A DNA stretch of 64,000 bases from Prevotella sp. (GTDB lineage Bacteria > Bacteroidota > Bacteroidia > Bacteroidales > Dysgonomonadaceae), in NCBI GenBank assembly GCA_031285625.1, contig JAITVV010000081.1:121700-185699 (forward strand), read 5' to 3'. The translations under genes and the position numbers were made by a program. Positions 62,201 to 64,000 of this stretch are shown here, one piece after another; positions within the stretch are counted from its first letter, which is position 1; every line of letters begins with the position of its first letter. Under the pieces are notes generated by a model that had not been told where the DNA came from, searched no databases, and was given only the letters and a program-made list of their open reading frames with translations.

Positions 62201-63555
62201 AAAGCAGCAAAGCTTATCAGTGGGGTATGGGCAACCGCTTGCAAGGGATAGAGGATGAGTTGACGGGAGCACATACAAGCTTCAACTACGATGCTTTTGA
62301 CAACCTGATACAGGCAGACTATAAAGAACAGAACAAACCTGCGGAAACAATATACAGGGTTCCTGACAAGATAGGTAACCTATTTGAACAGAGTGACCGC
62401 ACAGACCGCAAATATGGTAAAGGCGGACGCCTTAAAGAAGATAATAATTACTTCTACCACTATGACGTAGAAGGAAACCTGTGCTTTAAGGAAATTAAGC
62501 AAAACAAGGGCTATACCAACTTTGGCAAGCAAGCTATTGAGAAAAAATACGGAATAAAGTTCAAAGCTTCGGGTACAGGCTGGCTATACGAATGGGCGGC
62601 TAATGGCATGCTCAAAAAAGTAGTCAATCCCGAACAGGGCAAAATACGCTTTGGATATGATGCTTTGGGAAGGCGTATCTATAAGCAGACCAAGACCTGT
62701 ACAACCCACTGGATATGGAACGGAAATGTGCCGCTGCACGAATGGCAGACCTATGATGAAGAGGCGCTGATAGAGGCGATCACCTGGGTGTTCGAAATGG
62801 GTGGCTTTGTGCCGTGTGCAAAGGTGCAGAACGGGAAGAGTTACAGTATTGTAACTGATTATCTGGGAACGCCGACGCATATGTATGATCAGCAGGGACA
62901 AAAAACCTGGCATGCGCAGTTGGATATTTACGGCAGGGTTCGTACATTTGATGGCAGCGACATAAGCGATTGCCCGTTCCGATACCAGGGGCAGTATCAA
63001 GATAGTGAGACTGGTTTGTATTACAACCGTTTCAGGTATTATGACCCGGAAGTAGGAAATTATATAAGTCAAGACCCGATAAAGTTAATGGGGGGTGCTA
63101 GGTTATATGGATACGTTCATGATACAAATGCATGGATCGATGAGTTTGGACTTTTAGGAGATGAAGTAGAATGGATTGACCCCAATAAACTTAACTATTC
63201 TCAGGCATATGTTTCCGAGAATGTGAATGGATATACAACCGATATGAAAAATGGAGACTGGGATTGGGATAGATCAGGCCCTTTAAATGTAGCAGAGGTT
63301 GATGGACAACTAGTTAGCCTAGATAATAGAAGATTATTAGCTGCACAAGAAGCAGGTCTAGAAGCAGTTCCAATTAAAAAAGTAAATCTAGATGATGCTT
63401 TACCTCCTCCAGCAACAGGTGGAACTTATGGCAGTAATCTTAAAAAGAAACTAAAATCAAAACCAAAAGGCTCTGATGTTCCTAAGGTACAATTACCTGA
63501 AACAGGAACGCCAGAAAAACCGACAGTAGTTCCTAAGAAACCTAAAGGTCATTAA
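59269..63555 (+). CDS. Rhs effector: PAAR-like N-terminus, DUF6531, YD repeats, Rhs core, ParB/Srx-like C-terminal toxin
   Basis: 'GEPVDAATG', YD repeats, 'FRYQGQYQDSETGLYYNRFRYYDP', cleavage motif 'DTNAWIDEFGL', CT 'YSQ...SLDNRRLLAA'. Confidence 0.92.
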   Translation: MSLPTASRTFGELFGDAKSTLDKIQKKMASILPSMPGQPVGKFFDLAIGIDFHATTWPALPICPVPHIGMIFDLMAAIVSAVSSALPSPPPPPEDGSPAPFSLADAACGLIKGMAPSVKVHGQWIAQAGIPIVHLPGFILHIPFPIVAPMSESEMWMGSSTVLADGGPCSTQFHPALSCNSVGFPPPPPRHPGIFKAPKKSLMAPTSLLSIITSSGNPVLVGGPPTIDLFQLMVKLGIKGLGKMWSKTKLSKMLSEAIENSPLGKIQKKINCILFGEPVDAATGRVYTNNIDFELPGPIPIQWERTYYSDAEVSGPLGYNWHHRYNMGILNVGGCFALRHSDGRESALPELIQGESYFDRKEQLAWSKDENGYWLEDAAGLLYRFEGPKNRHGYQMLSSINTKDGFSVRFRYDGKGDLFQIIDSREQKVNIDTDNEGRIVQISVFRKEDEQEIHLVRYKYDNTGNMVETIDALNVSKYFVYDGHLLTKLTNQSGLSFHWEYKGKGNKARCVHTWGDDGVLEYWMEYKKGLTTTRDNRGYTTEYYHDERSLIYKIIDANGGVTRREYNDEQELEVIVNPEGISRKFIYNDFGKIVQRIDGNGEQTTYKYDENRNITQVTSPGGASLHWEYDHYGRIIKRTTLAGNKLSYHYDGALLESITDTDGNSFRFRYNQYNDLEELLYPAGISRRWEYDSLGHLLLAEDVKGNITTLEYDKAGNVTKLTEADGNVHSFTYDKSGNLIKAKDKLREVAFAYGPMGIMKSRSQNGKSVHFDYDNYLQLHTIVNEGKEKYTFELDGLGQVVKETGFDDIQREYIRDNAGRVTKVLRPEGRWTSYLYDGTGNVVKEEQYDDTFTAYHYNADGMLIEALNEEGKIVMKRDRTGRITQEIQGGQTINRLYNKKGFCTQLTSSLGADIRMDYDKYGDLESMQASDSWRADWTRDNTGLELHRQLTGGIHIHTGRDNFGRETRKSIGVNSIEQSSKAYQWGMGNRLQGIEDELTGAHTSFNYDAFDNLIQADYKEQNKPAETIYRVPDKIGNLFEQSDRTDRKYGKGGRLKEDNNYFYHYDVEGNLCFKEIKQNKGYTNFGKQAIEKKYGIKFKASGTGWLYEWAANGMLKKVVNPEQGKIRFGYDALGRRIYKQTKTCTTHWIWNGNVPLHEWQTYDEEALIEAITWVFEMGGFVPCAKVQNGKSYSIVTDYLGTPTHMYDQQGQKTWHAQLDIYGRVRTFDGSDISDCPFRYQGQYQDSETGLYYNRFRYYDPEVGNYISQDPIKLMGGARLYGYVHDTNAWIDEFGLLGDEVEWIDPNKLNYSQAYVSENVNGYTTDMKNGDWDWDRSGPLNVAEVDGQLVSLDNRRLLAAQEAGLEAVPIKKVNLDDALPPPATGGTYGSNLKKKLKSKPKGSDVPKVQLPETGTPEKPTVVPKKPKGH

Positions 63556-63558
63556 TTT

Positions 63559-64000
63559 ATGAATAAATTACAATATCATTGGGATAAACAAGAGATAGTA
63601 GGTTTAGATGGTATATTCTTTAATAGTGGGAAAGTTCAGAATATGTATATTGATTCAATACATGATGAAAGAGCTATTTCCAGCTACAAAAAAATATATA
63701 ATATATCGCTAAATGAGATGACAGATTTGTCAAATTTAGAAGAAAAATATAATGATGACATCTGGTCTTCTTTTGATATTTTTGGAGAAATAAAGCAGGA
63801 TGATAATTCAAGATTCTTATATGGAGAGGGAGAAATGGGTAATGAAGGTTTTATATTGAAAATAGATTCATTTGGCAAAATTATTTGGTCTTTATATTCA
63901 ACATCCTCAAATCCGTTCATTAATAGTAAGTTTTTAACAAATAATTCTATAGGATTTTTTTCATCATTTAACTTTATCTTAAAATTAGAAGAGGAGAATG
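63559..64000 (+). CDS. Putative cognate immunity protein (3'-truncated; absent from the ORF track)
   Basis: ATG 3 nt after the rhs stop, open to the window end: MNKLQYHWDKQEIVGLDGIFF...GEGEMGNEGFI...WSLYSTSSNPF. Confidence 0.75.
   Translation, partial: MNKLQYHWDKQEIVGLDGIFFNSGKVQNMYIDSIHDERAISSYKKIYNISLNEMTDLSNLEEKYNDDIWSSFDIFGEIKQDDNSRFLYGEGEMGNEGFILKIDSFGKIIWSLYSTSSNPFINSKFLTNNSIGFFSSFNFILKLEEEN

Noticed and set aside
63496-63510. LPETG sortase-like motif in the Rhs tip
   Set aside because: Diderm host, no following hydrophobic segment, and the protein is a T6SS cargo; treated as coincidence.
561-63920. Numerous 60-170 aa antisense or overlapping ORFs in the track
   Set aside because: They lie within well-supported genes and show no recognisable motifs.

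Overview
AT-rich chromosomal segment from a Bacteroidota organism. The order is probably Bacteroidales and the genus could be Dysgonomonas-like; this is inferred from TAnnTTTG promoter boxes and gene content. The left 39 kb holds housekeeping and envelope genes (ychF, sppA-lpxK-PNP, thiL, valS, an acyltransferase, GtrA/ArnT, OPT, Dcu). It also contains a probable replication origin (9918-10444), a ~600-nt promoter-driven structured region with no long ORF divergent from ychF, dispersed REP/MITE-like repeats, and GC-rich palindromes inserted in frame inside valS. The right 25 kb (39080-64000) is an apparently intact Bacteroidota-type T6SS (subtype iii): tssC, tssB, four tssD/Hcp paralogs, clpV, tssG/K/N/F/E, tssQ/O/P/R and vgrG. 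It is followed by a putative adaptor, a PAAR-like Rhs effector with a ParB/sulfiredoxin-fold C-terminal toxin, and a candidate immunity gene cut by the window edge. No rRNA, tRNA, CRISPR array, integrase or transposase was seen. All calls come from motif recognition by eye; no database search was run.
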